A stretch of 64,000 bases of DNA from an uncultured Verrucomicrobiae bacterium (GCA_963772365.1 CAVYXA010000001.1:1696001-1760000); one strand, 5' to 3'; positions 20,402-31,290 are shown, counted from the stretch's first letter. The notes: generated by a model from the letters alone, not told the origin. Made by a program: numbers and translations.

Positions 20402-21304
20402 ATGTCAGCCGATTCTGTGAAACTGATCGAATGCCCGCGCGACGCATGGCAGGGTCTCCCGCGACAGATCCCGACCGAACTGAAAGTTCGATATCTCCAG
20501 GCGTTAATCGATGCCGGTTTCCGGCACATCGACGCAGTGAGCTTTGTCTCGCCGAAAGCGGTTCCGCAGATGACTGACAGCGAGGAAGTGCTCAAGCAAC
20601 TCGATTCGACGAATGGGAAGCTGTCAGCTTCCCCTACAGATCAAGCTGTGGAGATTATCGGCATCGCAGTGAATGAAAAGGGCGCAGACCGCGCAATTGC
20701 GACCGGGCGGGTGACGACGCTGGGCTATCCCTGCTCGATATCCGTAACATTTCTGCGCCGAAATCAAAATCAGACCGTTGAAGGAAACTTCAGGATCCTC
20801 GACGCAATCAAAAAACAGGCTGACGAAGCCAGGATCGACATGGTCGTTTACATCTCGATGGCGTTCGGGAATCCGTATGGCGATCCATGGAACGAAGCGG
20901 AGCTGAAGATCATGTTACAGCGAATCGCGGGACGCGGAGTTGGCGCGATCTCGCTCGCTGATACCGTTGGAGTGGCTGATCCGGAGTTAATCAAGCGAGT
21001 TGTTGGCGCGAGCAGGATCGACAATTTCGAAGTCGGTGTCCATTTGCACAGCACACGCGCCACTGCCGACGAAAAAATTCTCGCGGCGTATGATGCTGGT
21101 TGTCGTCGGTTTGATTCGGCGATGGGAGGTCTGGGAGGTTGCCCTTTTGCTCAGGACACGCTGGTCGGAAATGTCCCCACGGAAAGCGTAATCGAAGCCC
21201 TGGAAAAACGCGGTGTAAATCTCTCGATTCGAAATTCGCTCGGAAATGTCATCGCATTGAATGCCGAAATCGGCAGCAGATTTGCGAATGGAACAACGAA
21301 GTAG
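20402..21304 (+). CDS. Hydroxymethylglutaryl-CoA lyase
   Basis: ECPRDAWQG, SFVSPKAVPQM, LADTVG, GVHLH, GGLGGCPFA. Confidence 0.92.
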   Translation: MSADSVKLIECPRDAWQGLPRQIPTELKVRYLQALIDAGFRHIDAVSFVSPKAVPQMTDSEEVLKQLDSTNGKLSASPTDQAVEIIGIAVNEKGADRAIATGRVTTLGYPCSISVTFLRRNQNQTVEGNFRILDAIKKQADEARIDMVVYISMAFGNPYGDPWNEAELKIMLQRIAGRGVGAISLADTVGVADPELIKRVVGASRIDNFEVGVHLHSTRATADEKILAAYDAGCRRFDSAMGGLGGCPFAQDTLVGNVPTESVIEALEKRGVNLSIRNSLGNVIALNAEIGSRFANGTTK

Positions 21305-21312
21305 CGCCGTCT

Positions 21313-22512
21313 TCACAGAAGCTGCGCATAAAGATTTTTCGTTTTCTGGGCGATGGCGGTCCAACTGAAGTTTTCTTCGGCGCGTTTGCGGCCGGCTTTC
21401 CCGAATTTTTCCCGCAATTCTCGATCCCGCATTAGTTGATTGATGCGACTCGCGAGGTCGCGGGCGAACTTTTCCGGATTCGTGGGCGCGAATGGACTTT
21501 CTTTCATTTGCTCGAGCGGAACCAGAAACCCGGTCTCACCATCGACTACGACTTCCTTGATCCCTCCCACCGCGGAGGCGACCACGGCCGTCTCGCAAGC
21601 CATCGCTTCCAGATTGATGATGCCGAAGGGTTCGTAAATCGATGGGCAGCAGAAGACTGCCGCGTGCGAGTAAAGCTCACACGTTGTTTTTCGATCCACC
21701 ATTTCATCAATCCAAATAATCCCGGGCCGTTGACTCTTCGCGCGAGCGACGGCGGTTTTCATTTCCTGCGCGATCTCGGGCGTGTCTGGCGCAGCGGCGC
21801 AAAGGACGATCTGAAAGTCGGAGTCCATGAATTGGACCGCGTCTATTAGATTGATGATCCCTTTCTGTCGCGTGATCCGGCCGACGAACAGCAAATACGG
21901 TTTGGCTGGATCAATCTCATATCGTCGGAGCGCTTCGGTGGAACCGACTTTGCGGTATTCAGCGAGATCGATCCCGTTATGGATCACGTGGACCCGCGCA
22001 GGATCGACATCGAACAAGCGCTCAATGTCGCGTTTGGTTTCGTGGGAAACGGCAATGATTGCGTCCGCCATTTCCAGCGCCGTTTTCTCGATCCACAGGG
22101 AAAAATCGTAACCGCCGCCGAGTTGCTCCCGTTTCCACGGACGCAGTGGCTCGAGCGAATGCACTGTGATAACGAGAGGAATCCCGTAGTTCTTTCTCGC
22201 CAGAACCCCGCCGAAATGGCTGTACCACGTGTGACAATGGACCAGATCGGCATCGATATTGTTCGTATTGAAATCAACGCAGCGTTGAACGGCGCCAAAT
22301 ACGGAACGTAGCGGTTCGGGACAGGTGAAGTCAGTGGTGTCGAGCTGGAAGCCGGTGACTCTAAGTTTGCCTTTCTCGAAACGCTGATCGCCGAAGCATC
22401 GGACTTCCACCGGCATGGTCTTGGCCAACTCACGCGACAGATAATCGACATGGACGCCCGCACCGCCATAGATGTGCGGCGGATATTCGTTGGTGAGGAA
22501 CAGAACTTTCAC
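21313..22512 (-). CDS. glgA: GT4 glycogen synthase (GlgA/GlgM, Corynebacterium-type)
   Basis: TNEYPPHIYGGAGVHV, HSLEPLRPWKREQLGGGY, YEPFGIINLEAMAC. Confidence 0.92.
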   Translation of the reverse strand: MKVLFLTNEYPPHIYGGAGVHVDYLSRELAKTMPVEVRCFGDQRFEKGKLRVTGFQLDTTDFTCPEPLRSVFGAVQRCVDFNTNNIDADLVHCHTWYSHFGGVLARKNYGIPLVITVHSLEPLRPWKREQLGGGYDFSLWIEKTALEMADAIIAVSHETKRDIERLFDVDPARVHVIHNGIDLAEYRKVGSTEALRRYEIDPAKPYLLFVGRITRQKGIINLIDAVQFMDSDFQIVLCAAAPDTPEIAQEMKTAVARAKSQRPGIIWIDEMVDRKTTCELYSHAAVFCCPSIYEPFGIINLEAMACETAVVASAVGGIKEVVVDGETGFLVPLEQMKESPFAPTNPEKFARDLASRINQLMRDRELREKFGKAGRKRAEENFSWTAIAQKTKNLYAQLL

Positions 22513-22534
22513 GGCCTAGATCCCGGCGTTGGAG

Positions 22535-22960
22535 TTAATTTTTCACTTTGAGGAGCAACACCGGCACATCGACGCCATGACGGACTTTATCGGCGGTGGC
22601 GCCGTAGAGAATATCGCTAATGAACCGATGACCGTGCGTGGTCATCGCGATAAGATCGACATCTTTTTCCTCGGTAAGCTTGATGATTTCATCGGAAGGC
22701 TCGCCGAGAGCAAGAACGGCATGGCAGGGAAAACCTTCGCTGGTCAATTCCTGGCTGCGCTTTTCCAGGTAAACGCGGTCGGCTTTCATTTCCTCGCTTT
22801 CGGCCAGCTTGAGCTGGTTGAAATTGCGCGCTACCCAACCATCGGAGACGTGAACGAGGAGCAGCTTCGCGCCGGTCATTCTGGCCAGCGGTTTGATGTG
22901 GGTGAGGATCGTTTCATCAGCCGGCGTATTTTCCAATGGAATTAGAATATGGTGATACAT
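22535..22960 (-). CDS. Universal stress protein
   Basis: MYHHILIPL, DLIAMTTHGH...GATADKV. Confidence 0.9.
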   Translation of the reverse strand: MYHHILIPLENTPADETILTHIKPLARMTGAKLLLVHVSDGWVARNFNQLKLAESEEMKADRVYLEKRSQELTSEGFPCHAVLALGEPSDEIIKLTEEKDVDLIAMTTHGHRFISDILYGATADKVRHGVDVPVLLLKVKN

Positions 22961-23012
22961 GGCTTCGCCGTCCTGATCCGTTAAAATCGTTACATCGTTA
23001 AATCGGGAAGAT

Positions 23013-24410
23013 TCATTCTGGCATTGGCAGCCCGAAGGCACCGTAAATTGTTTTCAAAACTGAAACCGGCAAGAACGTATCGAGGAGCAGTTTCACGTTT
23101 AAGAGAATAATAACTCCGGCAGTCGTCCAGCCGAGGATTTTTATCCAAAGAGCGTTGGTGAACTCACCCATCTTTGATTTTTCACCGGTGAACCGCATTA
23201 ACGGCCAGACTGCAAATCCGAGCTGCATGCTGAGCACAACCTGGCTGGCCACGAGCAATTCGGTCGTCTTGCTTTCGCCAAACATGCCGATCACCAGCAC
23301 CGCGGGAATGATTGCAATCAGACGCGTAATCAGCCGACGCAACCAGGGAGTGATCCGGAAATTGAGAAAACCTTCCATGACAATCTGGCCGGCCAGCGTT
23401 CCGGTGAGAGTGGAATTTTGTCCGGAAGCGAGCAGGGCCACCGCGAACAGAACACTCGCCATGCCCATACCCAGCAACGGGCTGAGCAATTTATAAGCTT
23501 CCTGAATCTCGGCCACGTTCTGGTGCCCCGACCAGTGGAAAACAGCGGCCGAGAGAATGAGAATGGCCGCGTTAATGAACAACGCGAACATGAGCGCAGC
23601 GCTCGAATCGATGGTAGCGAACTTGATCGCTTCGCGACTGCCGGCCGGCGTCTGCTCGAATTTGCGCGTCTGCACAATCGAAGAATGCAGATACAAATTA
23701 TGCGGCATCACCGTGGCTCCCAGGATTCCGATGCTGATGTAGAGCATGCCCTGATCAGTGACGATGTGTGGGCTGGGAATAAACCCGAGCAGAACCTCTC
23801 CAGGGTTCGGCCTCGAGAAAGCGATTTCCGCTGCGAAACAAACACCAATGGTGGCAATGAGCGTGATAACAATCGCTTCGATATACCGAAATCCTTTGCT
23901 TTGCAGATACAGCACCAGCAACACATCCGAAGCAGTGATGAGACAGCCCCAGACCAGCGGAATACGAAAAAGGAGTTGTAATCCAATGGCCGACCCCACC
24001 ACTTCAGCTAGATCACAGGCGGCGATCGCCACTTCGCACAGGATCCAGAGAAACCAGACTGTCGGGGTCGCATAATGGTCCCGACAGGCCTGCGCGAGAT
24101 CGCGACCAGTAGCCACGCCCAGTTTGATGCACAAATGCTGGAGCAAAATGGCCATCAGATTGGAAATCATGATGATTGCGAGCAGCGAGTAACCGAAGCG
24201 CGCGCCGCCCGCCAGATCCGTCGCCCAATTGCCCGGGTCCATGTAACCGACTGCCACGAGAAATCCGGGACCCGAGAAAGCGATCAATTTCCTCCAAAAC
24301 GATGCGGTGGTCGGCACGATGATGGTCCGATGAACTTCTGGAAGTGAGACCTGACCGCCGGTTCGGCGCCAGGCCAGCCGAGATTCCGTTACCGGAGCGA
24401 TGGGATCCAT
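23013..24410 (-). CDS. mntH: Nramp-family Mn2+ transporter
   Basis: GYMDPGNW, GATVMPHNLYLHS, GQNSTLTGTLAGQIVMEGF. Confidence 0.97.
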   Translation of the reverse strand: MDPIAPVTESRLAWRRTGGQVSLPEVHRTIIVPTTASFWRKLIAFSGPGFLVAVGYMDPGNWATDLAGGARFGYSLLAIIMISNLMAILLQHLCIKLGVATGRDLAQACRDHYATPTVWFLWILCEVAIAACDLAEVVGSAIGLQLLFRIPLVWGCLITASDVLLVLYLQSKGFRYIEAIVITLIATIGVCFAAEIAFSRPNPGEVLLGFIPSPHIVTDQGMLYISIGILGATVMPHNLYLHSSIVQTRKFEQTPAGSREAIKFATIDSSAALMFALFINAAILILSAAVFHWSGHQNVAEIQEAYKLLSPLLGMGMASVLFAVALLASGQNSTLTGTLAGQIVMEGFLNFRITPWLRRLITRLIAIIPAVLVIGMFGESKTTELLVASQVVLSMQLGFAVWPLMRFTGEKSKMGEFTNALWIKILGWTTAGVIILLNVKLLLDTFLPVSVLKTIYGAFGLPMPE

Positions 24411-24423
24411 TATGGTTCAAGAT

Positions 24424-24437
24424 TTAGGCCAGGCTAA
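24424..24437. promoter_or_regulatory. Candidate MntR/DtxR operator
   Basis: Near-palindrome TTAGGCCAGGCTAA resembling DtxR-family boxes, just upstream of mntH; TTGACA on the minus strand at 24462-24467. Confidence 0.55.
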
Positions 24438-24521
24438 TTTAGTTAAGCTCTTATATTATTCTGTCAATCTTCAATTATTTATTGCTTTGACTATCCAGAG
24501 TGAGATTCTATTTTCACCGGC

Positions 24522-24962
24522 GTGCCAGGAAAAAAGAGCTCTCAATCCGCTCTCGGCAGCTCAGCGGCGGTCGAGGACTATCTGGAACGAATCCTTGAGT
24601 TGATTAACTCGAAGGGTTACGCCCGCGTCGTGGATATCGCTACCGCTTTGAACATTTCCCAGGCCAGCGTGACCAACATGGTTCAACGACTCGATGCTGA
24701 GGGACTATTGAAATACGAAAAGTATCGTGGCTTGATTTTGACCGCAGCCGGCAAAGGGCTGGCCCAAAAAATTGCTCATCGTCACAAGCTTCTCACCGAT
24801 TTTCTTACGCTCCTCGGGCTCGACGAGCGCGTGATCAATCATGATGTCGAAGGAATGGAACATCACATCAGCGCGTCCACTGTTCGGGCGATCGAGGCGC
24901 TCACTGCACAATTACGTCGAAGACCAGCCCTTCTCGCGGAATTGGAAGCTGCGCGGGCGTAG
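24522..24962 (+). CDS. mntR: DtxR/MntR metal-dependent repressor
   Basis: EDYLERI, ARVVDIA..L.ISQASVT.M, DVEGMEHHIS; divergent from mntH. Confidence 0.92.
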   Translation: MPGKKSSQSALGSSAAVEDYLERILELINSKGYARVVDIATALNISQASVTNMVQRLDAEGLLKYEKYRGLILTAAGKGLAQKIAHRHKLLTDFLTLLGLDERVINHDVEGMEHHISASTVRAIEALTAQLRRRPALLAELEAARA

Positions 24963-25013
24963 TGATTCTGAACTGTGACGCGCCGCGTGGGCGCTCGCAA
25001 ACGCGGGTTCCAT

Positions 25014-25196
25014 TCAGGCCGAAATCTGAAGATCGACAATCGCTCCCGGCTGGCAATTCACGAAGAGATTGATCGGCCGACAGCAGACGGAGCAATCCTC
25101 GATCAAAGTCTGTTCCGGCTGGGAGGTATCGATCTGAATCTGAAAAACCTCTCCGCAATGAGGACAGGCAACGTCCGCTTCAAGAACCAGTTCCAC
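25014..25196 (-). CDS. CPXCG-motif small cysteine-rich protein
   Basis: CPHCGE...EDCSVCCRPI. Confidence 0.8.
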   Translation of the reverse strand: MELVLEADVACPHCGEVFQIQIDTSQPEQTLIEDCSVCCRPINLFVNCQPGAIVDLQISA

Positions 25197-25265
25197 CTGC
25201 AACCGAGGAAGTCGCTCGTCGCGCCGCGACGTTCTAATCGCGGCGCACGGCATGTGATTTCTGGA

Positions 25266-25709
25266 TTATTTCAGCGTGATTTCGCGCATCAATTTGTTGC
25301 CCATGATCTGGCGAATATCGAGGCGCTTTACCGCTGTGGCCCGTTGTTGATCGACGGTGCCTTCAATCTTTTTGGAGATGGGATCGAATTTTTCGCGCGC
25401 ATTATCGAACGCGGCCATGTTTTTCGATTCCACCATGAGCAGGATATCGAAATCCTCCGGACTCGCAGCATCGCCGATGAGGATTTTGTAATCGAGGATG
25501 AGTCCCTGCTTTTTCGCTTCATCCAACGTGCCTTTGAAGGTTTTCGCCAGACCCTTGAGGTAATCATCGGTCATCCCGTACTTCGTTTTGACCATGGTGA
25601 TTTGCCAAACCGAGCCTTCCGTATAAGGCGCGTCGGTTTGGGCGGAACAAATGCCCGACCACGCGGTGAATAAGGCCGTAGCAATTGCCAATGTGAGATA
25701 CTGCTTCAT
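25266..25709 (-). CDS. Secreted hypothetical protein
   Basis: Signal peptide MKQYLTLAIATALF...; AGAAAG upstream. Confidence 0.7.
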   Translation of the reverse strand: MKQYLTLAIATALFTAWSGICSAQTDAPYTEGSVWQITMVKTKYGMTDDYLKGLAKTFKGTLDEAKKQGLILDYKILIGDAASPEDFDILLMVESKNMAAFDNAREKFDPISKKIEGTVDQQRATAVKRLDIRQIMGNKLMREITLK

Positions 25710-25854
25710 TTGATCTTTTCTTTCTTGGTTCGAACGATTCGGTATTAAATCGTTAGCGCCGAGTGTGAGAGGGGCCCAGTGCGAGTCAATACAAATCCTT
25801 TCCCTACCGAAAACGCAGCTTGAACTAACGCGGACTATGTGCAGGATGCACCCC

Positions 25855-26316
25855 ATGAAATTTCTTTTCTCGCTCTTTACTGTCGCGCTGCTCCTTGTTC
25901 CTCCTGCCGTTACCCGTGCTGATGACGCCCATCATCGCCAGGCCGCTGAATCCCTCCTGACCCTTATGGGAATGGAAAAGCAGTTTAGCCAGTTAGTCGA
26001 TCAAATGCTGCAAGTGCAGGTGCAGCAAAACCCGGCGATCGCCCCCTACGAGAAAGAGATGCGCGATTTCCTCAACAAATACATGAGCTGGCCGAGCCTG
26101 AAGGAAGACATGATCAAGGTCTACGTAGAACAGTTCACGGAAGCGGAGTTAAAGCAGTTGGCGGATTTTTATCGGACGCCGATAGGGCAGAAGATGGTGC
26201 GCATCATGCCCACGCTGGTAGCGAAGGGAGCAGAGATAGGCCAAAAGCGCGTACAGGAACATCTCCCGGAATTACAGGCAGCGATTCAAGCCAAATCCGG
26301 AGCCTCACCGCGGTAG
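25855..26316 (+). CDS. DUF2059-domain exported protein
   Basis: Signal peptide; Y..QFTEAELKQLADFYRTPIGQK. Confidence 0.85.
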   Translation: MKFLFSLFTVALLLVPPAVTRADDAHHRQAAESLLTLMGMEKQFSQLVDQMLQVQVQQNPAIAPYEKEMRDFLNKYMSWPSLKEDMIKVYVEQFTEAELKQLADFYRTPIGQKMVRIMPTLVAKGAEIGQKRVQEHLPELQAAIQAKSGASPR

Positions 26317-26361
26317 CCAAGGCACAGATTGCAATTCGCCTTCGCTTCGCGGCGCGATCCT

Positions 26362-27978
26362 TCAGCGTAGCGCACCAACATTGGATTTGACGATCGCCGT
26401 GTCGGTGGCGTTGATGACACCACTGGCATTGATATCCGAGCGGAAATTCATCGCATCGAGCGGTTGACCGATATGCGACTTGCACAACGTGACATCGGAA
26501 GCGTTGACTTGGCCATTTCCATTGACATCACCGATTCGGACGCCCATCGGGATCATAACCGCGCCCTGGGTCGATCCATCATCCACATTGAAAAGCGTGA
26601 CCTGGACTGTGATCATGCCGGTGCCACCGGCCACACTTGTTAGTGGAATTGTGACCATATTACCGTTTACAGTAACCATGCCGCCGTTGCTCACTCCACC
26701 AGTTCCCACAATCCCCGGTCCAGCTGTTACCTGAGCCTGTGGATTTCCATTCACAGTGACTGGGCCGGCAAAGGTCAGCACCATCTGGTAATCATTCGTA
26801 GCGCCGCCGCTGCGACATTCGATTCCAACCGGACCAGTCAGCGGCAGATCGATATCGAAATCACCCGCAGCGCCGTGGATTTTTCGGGAAACGGCTCCGG
26901 TCGGAGTCGGCCCGATCGGCAACATGGCGTAGGCATGAACTGCGCCGTTGTAAACGCCGGTGCCAACGATGATGCCGGTATCGCTAATGCCAAGCGCCGA
27001 CGAGGAAGTATTCATCGACAGGTCCCATCCGTTTCCGATCGGAATCAAATCCGCGAGGCGATACGTGGTCGTCCCGTCATAGAGGAACGGAATTGAAAAC
27101 GCTGAGGAATCATTGCCGACCACCCAACCATCCGAGTTGACCGCGCGTGCGGATCCCTGGCTCGTGCCGGACGCCAGTGGAATCGGCTGGATGCCGTTTG
27201 CGTCCGACCAGATGAACGGCAGACCCGAGCCCTGATTCAGCATGCTCGATCCAACAACATGACCCGCGTTACTCACGCCGAACGCGAGGGCGCCGTTCAT
27301 CCCTGGCAATGCACCGACTTCGAAAGCCATGCTCTGGCCCATGTCATAAACGATACCAACATTTCGGGCGGCGTTGTTCGGATCGATCCCCTGCCCGGCA
27401 ATTCGGCCCGAATTATTGATGCCGAACGCGGTAAGAAAATAACTTCCGCCTGATGTCGTTTGCGTGATCACCGCAGCGCTCCCGCCGCTATAGATCACGC
27501 CGCGTTGCAGACTTCCGGCGTTAACCGAGCCGACTGCGATGCCTGATGCATTGACGCTATTTGCATCTCCCAATGTTTCACCCGCAGGCAAAGGAAGTTG
27601 CGATACGACGCCGTTCTGCCAAACGACAGGCAAGCGGCCGGAGCCGAATGATGTTGTCGATCCTGTCCCTACAACAGTGCCGCTGTCGTTCGCGCTATTC
27701 GAAACGCAATAACTGCGACTGGATAAGTTCGGCAGACCGACGATTCCTCCGCCGAGAGTCCACGTAAATGCTTGTGTGCCGCCGCTGCGAAATGAGCGTC
27801 CAACGCCGATTCCGGCCGGAGAGACGCCAAATCCCTGCGATGCGCTGTCGCCAGCTTGAACCAGGCCGATGTCGTAAATCTGGTATTGCGGCGTGCCGCC
27901 AAAGGCGTTTGGCGAAGCGGCGAAGATTGCGCAAACGAGAGAGCAAAACAAGATGGAGATAGCGGATTGAATTTTCAT
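26362..27978 (-). CDS. Secreted HAF-like repeat protein with C-terminal dockerin-like domain
   Basis: Signal peptide MKIQSAIS..., repeats 'A..(V/I)N..G.VVG', VSRKIHG.AGDFDIDLP, GDVNGNGQVNASD...SDINASGVINATD. Confidence 0.8.
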   Translation of the reverse strand: MKIQSAISILFCSLVCAIFAASPNAFGGTPQYQIYDIGLVQAGDSASQGFGVSPAGIGVGRSFRSGGTQAFTWTLGGGIVGLPNLSSRSYCVSNSANDSGTVVGTGSTTSFGSGRLPVVWQNGVVSQLPLPAGETLGDANSVNASGIAVGSVNAGSLQRGVIYSGGSAAVITQTTSGGSYFLTAFGINNSGRIAGQGIDPNNAARNVGIVYDMGQSMAFEVGALPGMNGALAFGVSNAGHVVGSSMLNQGSGLPFIWSDANGIQPIPLASGTSQGSARAVNSDGWVVGNDSSAFSIPFLYDGTTTYRLADLIPIGNGWDLSMNTSSSALGISDTGIIVGTGVYNGAVHAYAMLPIGPTPTGAVSRKIHGAAGDFDIDLPLTGPVGIECRSGGATNDYQMVLTFAGPVTVNGNPQAQVTAGPGIVGTGGVSNGGMVTVNGNMVTIPLTSVAGGTGMITVQVTLFNVDDGSTQGAVMIPMGVRIGDVNGNGQVNASDVTLCKSHIGQPLDAMNFRSDINASGVINATDTAIVKSNVGALR

Positions 27979-28128
27979 GTGCGGAATTCCAGTCGAGTGA
28001 AAGATTGTATCCAGCTTTGAGAAAACCTTCCAAGCTTTTCCCGCCCGGACTCGGCAGCAAACCAGGCTCCGGGACTCTCCATCCTTTCTTGTCACTCGAT
28101 TGCGACTGTGGGAATCTTGCCTCCCGCC

Positions 28129-29193
28129 ATGCCGCGATTGCATCGACAAGATTACCGGGACATCGAACGAATCATCGAGTTTGATTTTGTCCGCGCGACA
28201 GAAGCCGCTGCGCTCAATTCCCTGCGGTGGCTCGGGCGCGGCGACAAGGAGGCGGCAGACGCTGCGGCCTGCGACGCCATGCGAGGAATGTTCGATTTGA
28301 TGAACATCTGTGGCGAGGTTGTTATCGGTGAAGGAATCAAAGACGAAGCTCCCGGGATTTTTAAAGGCGAACAACTTGGGACCTGGTTACCAGGCGCACC
28401 GCAGTTCGATATCGCCATCGATCCAATCGATGGCACCACTAACATCTCCAAGGGCGCGCCAAATTCGATCAGTTGTATCGCGGCAGCCAGCCCGGAAGAA
28501 GGAGTGAAAGTCGCTTTGCGAGACGTCCCCAGCTTTTACATGTCGAAGCTGGCCTACGGACCACGGGTGCTCGAATACATGAAAAAACGCGGTGATTCGC
28601 TTAACCTGGACGCGCCGATCGCCGAGACTCTGGCAATAGTTGCCCGCGCTTTGGAGAAACGGGTCCAGGATATCGTGGTGATGATGCTGGATCGACCACG
28701 GCACAAGGAAATTGTCGAACAGATTCGCGCGGCCGGCGCATCGTTACGTATGATCGGGGACGGCGATATCGCTGCGGCCATGGCGCCATCATTACCGGAG
28801 AGCAATGTCGATCTTTACATGGGCATCGGTGGTTCACCCGAAGCCGTATTGGCCGCGGCCGGGATCAAATGTCTCGGGGGAGAAATGCAGTGCAAGATGT
28901 GGCCACGTGACGAAAAAGAGAAAAAGAAGTTGATCGACGAAGGCTGGAAAAAAGATCTCGATTGCATCTATTGGGCCGACGACCTGGCTAATGGCCAGAA
29001 CATCGTTTTCTGCGCCACCGGAATTAGCGACAGCGCCCTTCTACGCGGAGTAAAAGGAATGGGAACAAAAGCCGTTACCCATTCCATTTTGATGCGAGCC
29101 AAAAGCAAGACCGTGCGTTTCATCCGCGCCCTGCACGATTTGCAAACCAAGACAATCCGGTTGCGTTCCGATAAAAGGGAACACTTGCTTTGA
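28129..29193 (+). CDS. glpX: Fructose-1,6-bisphosphatase class II
   Basis: RATEAAA, GRGDKEAADAAA, VVIGEG, DIAIDPIDGT, DGDI, GGSPE, ATGIS. Confidence 0.95.
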   Translation: MPRLHRQDYRDIERIIEFDFVRATEAAALNSLRWLGRGDKEAADAAACDAMRGMFDLMNICGEVVIGEGIKDEAPGIFKGEQLGTWLPGAPQFDIAIDPIDGTTNISKGAPNSISCIAAASPEEGVKVALRDVPSFYMSKLAYGPRVLEYMKKRGDSLNLDAPIAETLAIVARALEKRVQDIVVMMLDRPRHKEIVEQIRAAGASLRMIGDGDIAAAMAPSLPESNVDLYMGIGGSPEAVLAAAGIKCLGGEMQCKMWPRDEKEKKKLIDEGWKKDLDCIYWADDLANGQNIVFCATGISDSALLRGVKGMGTKAVTHSILMRAKSKTVRFIRALHDLQTKTIRLRSDKREHLL

Positions 29194-29239
29194 GGAAGCC
29201 GCGGTAGTGTTTGTTCATTGTCAGGTCGGGGAGGCGAAT

Positions 29240-30085
29240 TCCACAACCCTCACCTGGCGGCGAAATCGATTACGATACACCTACGACCGGGCCTCCAACG
29301 TGAAGAAGCGGATGAATTACAAGAACGGCTCGTTTGTCAATTACACTTACGACACCGCCGATCGGATGAGCGATCTGGACATTTATCTCTCGGCATCGGT
29401 CCGGTTCTCGCATGAGCATTTTACGCTGGACAATATGAACCGGCTCACCGCCGTCGCCCATACCCAGGGCAACACCACCAACGATTCATACAGCTATTAC
29501 GCGGATGGCCAATTGCACACTGCCGCCTACGGCTGGACCACACGGGGGTTCACCTACAATCTGGATGCCGCGGGTAATCGCACCAGTGTGATCGATCAGG
29601 GCGTGACCAAGAATTATACCCCGAATGCGCTCAACCAATACACCGCTGCCGGGACAGACGCGGTGGCCAACGGAAACGTCCACGAGATCTCGACCTACAA
29701 GGGTGTGCTTTACAAATATTATGGCGACACCTGGCTTTCTTCAGCCACTGCTTTGGTCAACAATGTCTCCACCAAGTACGAGCTGTTCTACGATGCACTG
29801 GGCCGATGCGTGGAGCACAAGACCACCGTCGGAACAAACAATCCCACGAAGAATTATTATCTGTTCGATGGGGAGCATTGGACGGTGGAATACGAGACCA
29901 ACGGCTCGACGATCAAGAGCACGATGGTCTATGGCCTCGGGATCGATGAAGTGATCGCCCGCGCGATTGCCGGTGGTCAATACTTCCTGCCGGATCGCAA
30001 TGCCAATATCGCGGTAGTCACCGACATTACCGCGGCGGTGCTGGAGTCGTATCGCTATGACGCATTCGGCTTGCCGTCAGGATAG
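29240..30085 (+). pseudogene. RHS/YD-repeat protein fragment truncated at the start of the RHS-associated core
   Basis: YTYD repeats, LDAAGNRT, YDALGR; ends YRYDAFGLP directly at the first transposase-end repeat; no credible start. Confidence 0.85.
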
Positions 30086-30121
30086 AAAGATAGGGGTCAG
30101 GCATCAATTCTGGATAGAAAG

Positions 30122-30416
30122 ATAGGGGTCAGGCATCAATTCTTGACAAGTAGCACTGGTGGGGTAAAAGAGCGGCTGTGGCCCGTAGTATTTGCATCGA
30201 ATATCCGGGGGGTGCCCGCAAGGTTTGTATTGCAAAGGTGATTTGGGAGCAGACGGTGGTGTCACAAAAATGGTTGGCGGACCGACTTGGAATGAAGAGC
30301 GCAGCGAACGTGAGCCAGCAGCTGCGTCGGCACCGGCCAAAATCGAAGCGATCGGATATCCCGGCTTCACTGCATAAATGGCTCTCTTTAGTCAAGAATT
30401 GATGCCTGACCCCTAT
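30122..30416 (+). mobile_element. Internally deleted mini-copy of the Y1 element (both ends present)
   Basis: Left end 30122-30147, right end 30391-30416; about 30213-30416 nearly identical to 32769-32971; in-frame 74-aa ORF 30178-30402. Confidence 0.9.
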
Positions 30417-30458
30417 TCCTATTCCCCTATTCCTATTCCCTATTCTATTCCATCGCCA

Positions 30459-30953
30459 ATGAGATCTCCCCGGTCAGCGATTGGGCTTATCGTGGCTGCA
30501 ATTCTATGCTTCGACATTGCGGCAATGGCTACGCCGGAAAAGCAGTATAACGTTCGATACCGGTTCCAAGTGACTGATCGGCCTGATCAGCAACGGTTCG
30601 TGTTGACTCTCAGATCCGCAGACAAGAGGCCCATCTGTATTTACCGCGACAATTGGCCAAATGGATTTGGCCAAGTCAATCTCGGCGCTATGCGAGTAAC
30701 CCTTAAATCGTCGGAGGGAGAAATACGTGCCCATGACACGAATTTTGGGTTTTGCGCAGGTGACGCAAGCTGCTACATCCGTATCTTGCCGGGGGGAACG
30801 TTGACCGGTTTTATCGGCTATGAGCAATTTGGTAAACCGAAGACAATTGCCAAACTCGCTCGCCGTGAATTGCGTTTCCGCGTCTCGCCTATTGTGTGCG
30901 AAAAATGGCCGCCACCGCCGCCGCGATTACCGCCCTACGCACGCGGCCGTTAA
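30459..30953 (+). CDS. Exported hypothetical protein (possible orphan RHS immunity protein)
   Basis: Hydrophobic signal peptide after ATG 30459; lies between element ends in an RHS locus; immunity role is inference. Confidence 0.55.
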   Translation: MRSPRSAIGLIVAAILCFDIAAMATPEKQYNVRYRFQVTDRPDQQRFVLTLRSADKRPICIYRDNWPNGFGQVNLGAMRVTLKSSEGEIRAHDTNFGFCAGDASCYIRILPGGTLTGFIGYEQFGKPKTIAKLARRELRFRVSPIVCEKWPPPPPRLPPYARGR

Positions 30954-31019
30954 CGAGCGCCGGGGAGATAAGATAGAAGATAAAGATAGGGGTCAGAAGA
31001 TAAAGATAGGGGTATAAAG

Positions 31020-31175
31020 ATAGGGGTCAGGCATCAATTCTTGACAAGCAGCACTGGGGTGGTAAAACTACCGGGCGAGTCTGGAACGGCAGGCGCACGA
31101 TGTCTCCAGAGCGGAGCAAGGCCTGCGAGCGGCCGGAATCACGCAACAAGAATTACCCAAGCTTTCCGGAGCCGA
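31020..31175 (+). mobile_element. Partial mini-copy of the Y1 element (left end only)
   Basis: Left end 31020-31045 joined to sequence matching about 32648-32767 with a small internal deletion. Confidence 0.85.
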
Positions 31176-31290
31176 CCTTCGGATGCCGGAATATTCCAAG
31201 CTCGACCAGCCATGACAATTCGGACGCTTGTTCTTACATGAAAACATATCGATTCCTTCGGATAGGGAAGATAGGATAGGGGTAGGGAAG

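Noticed and set aside
27979..28374. N-terminal 130 aa of the 670-aa ORF in the track
   Set aside because: It overlaps glpX on the opposite strand; the signal peptide starts at ATG 27978.
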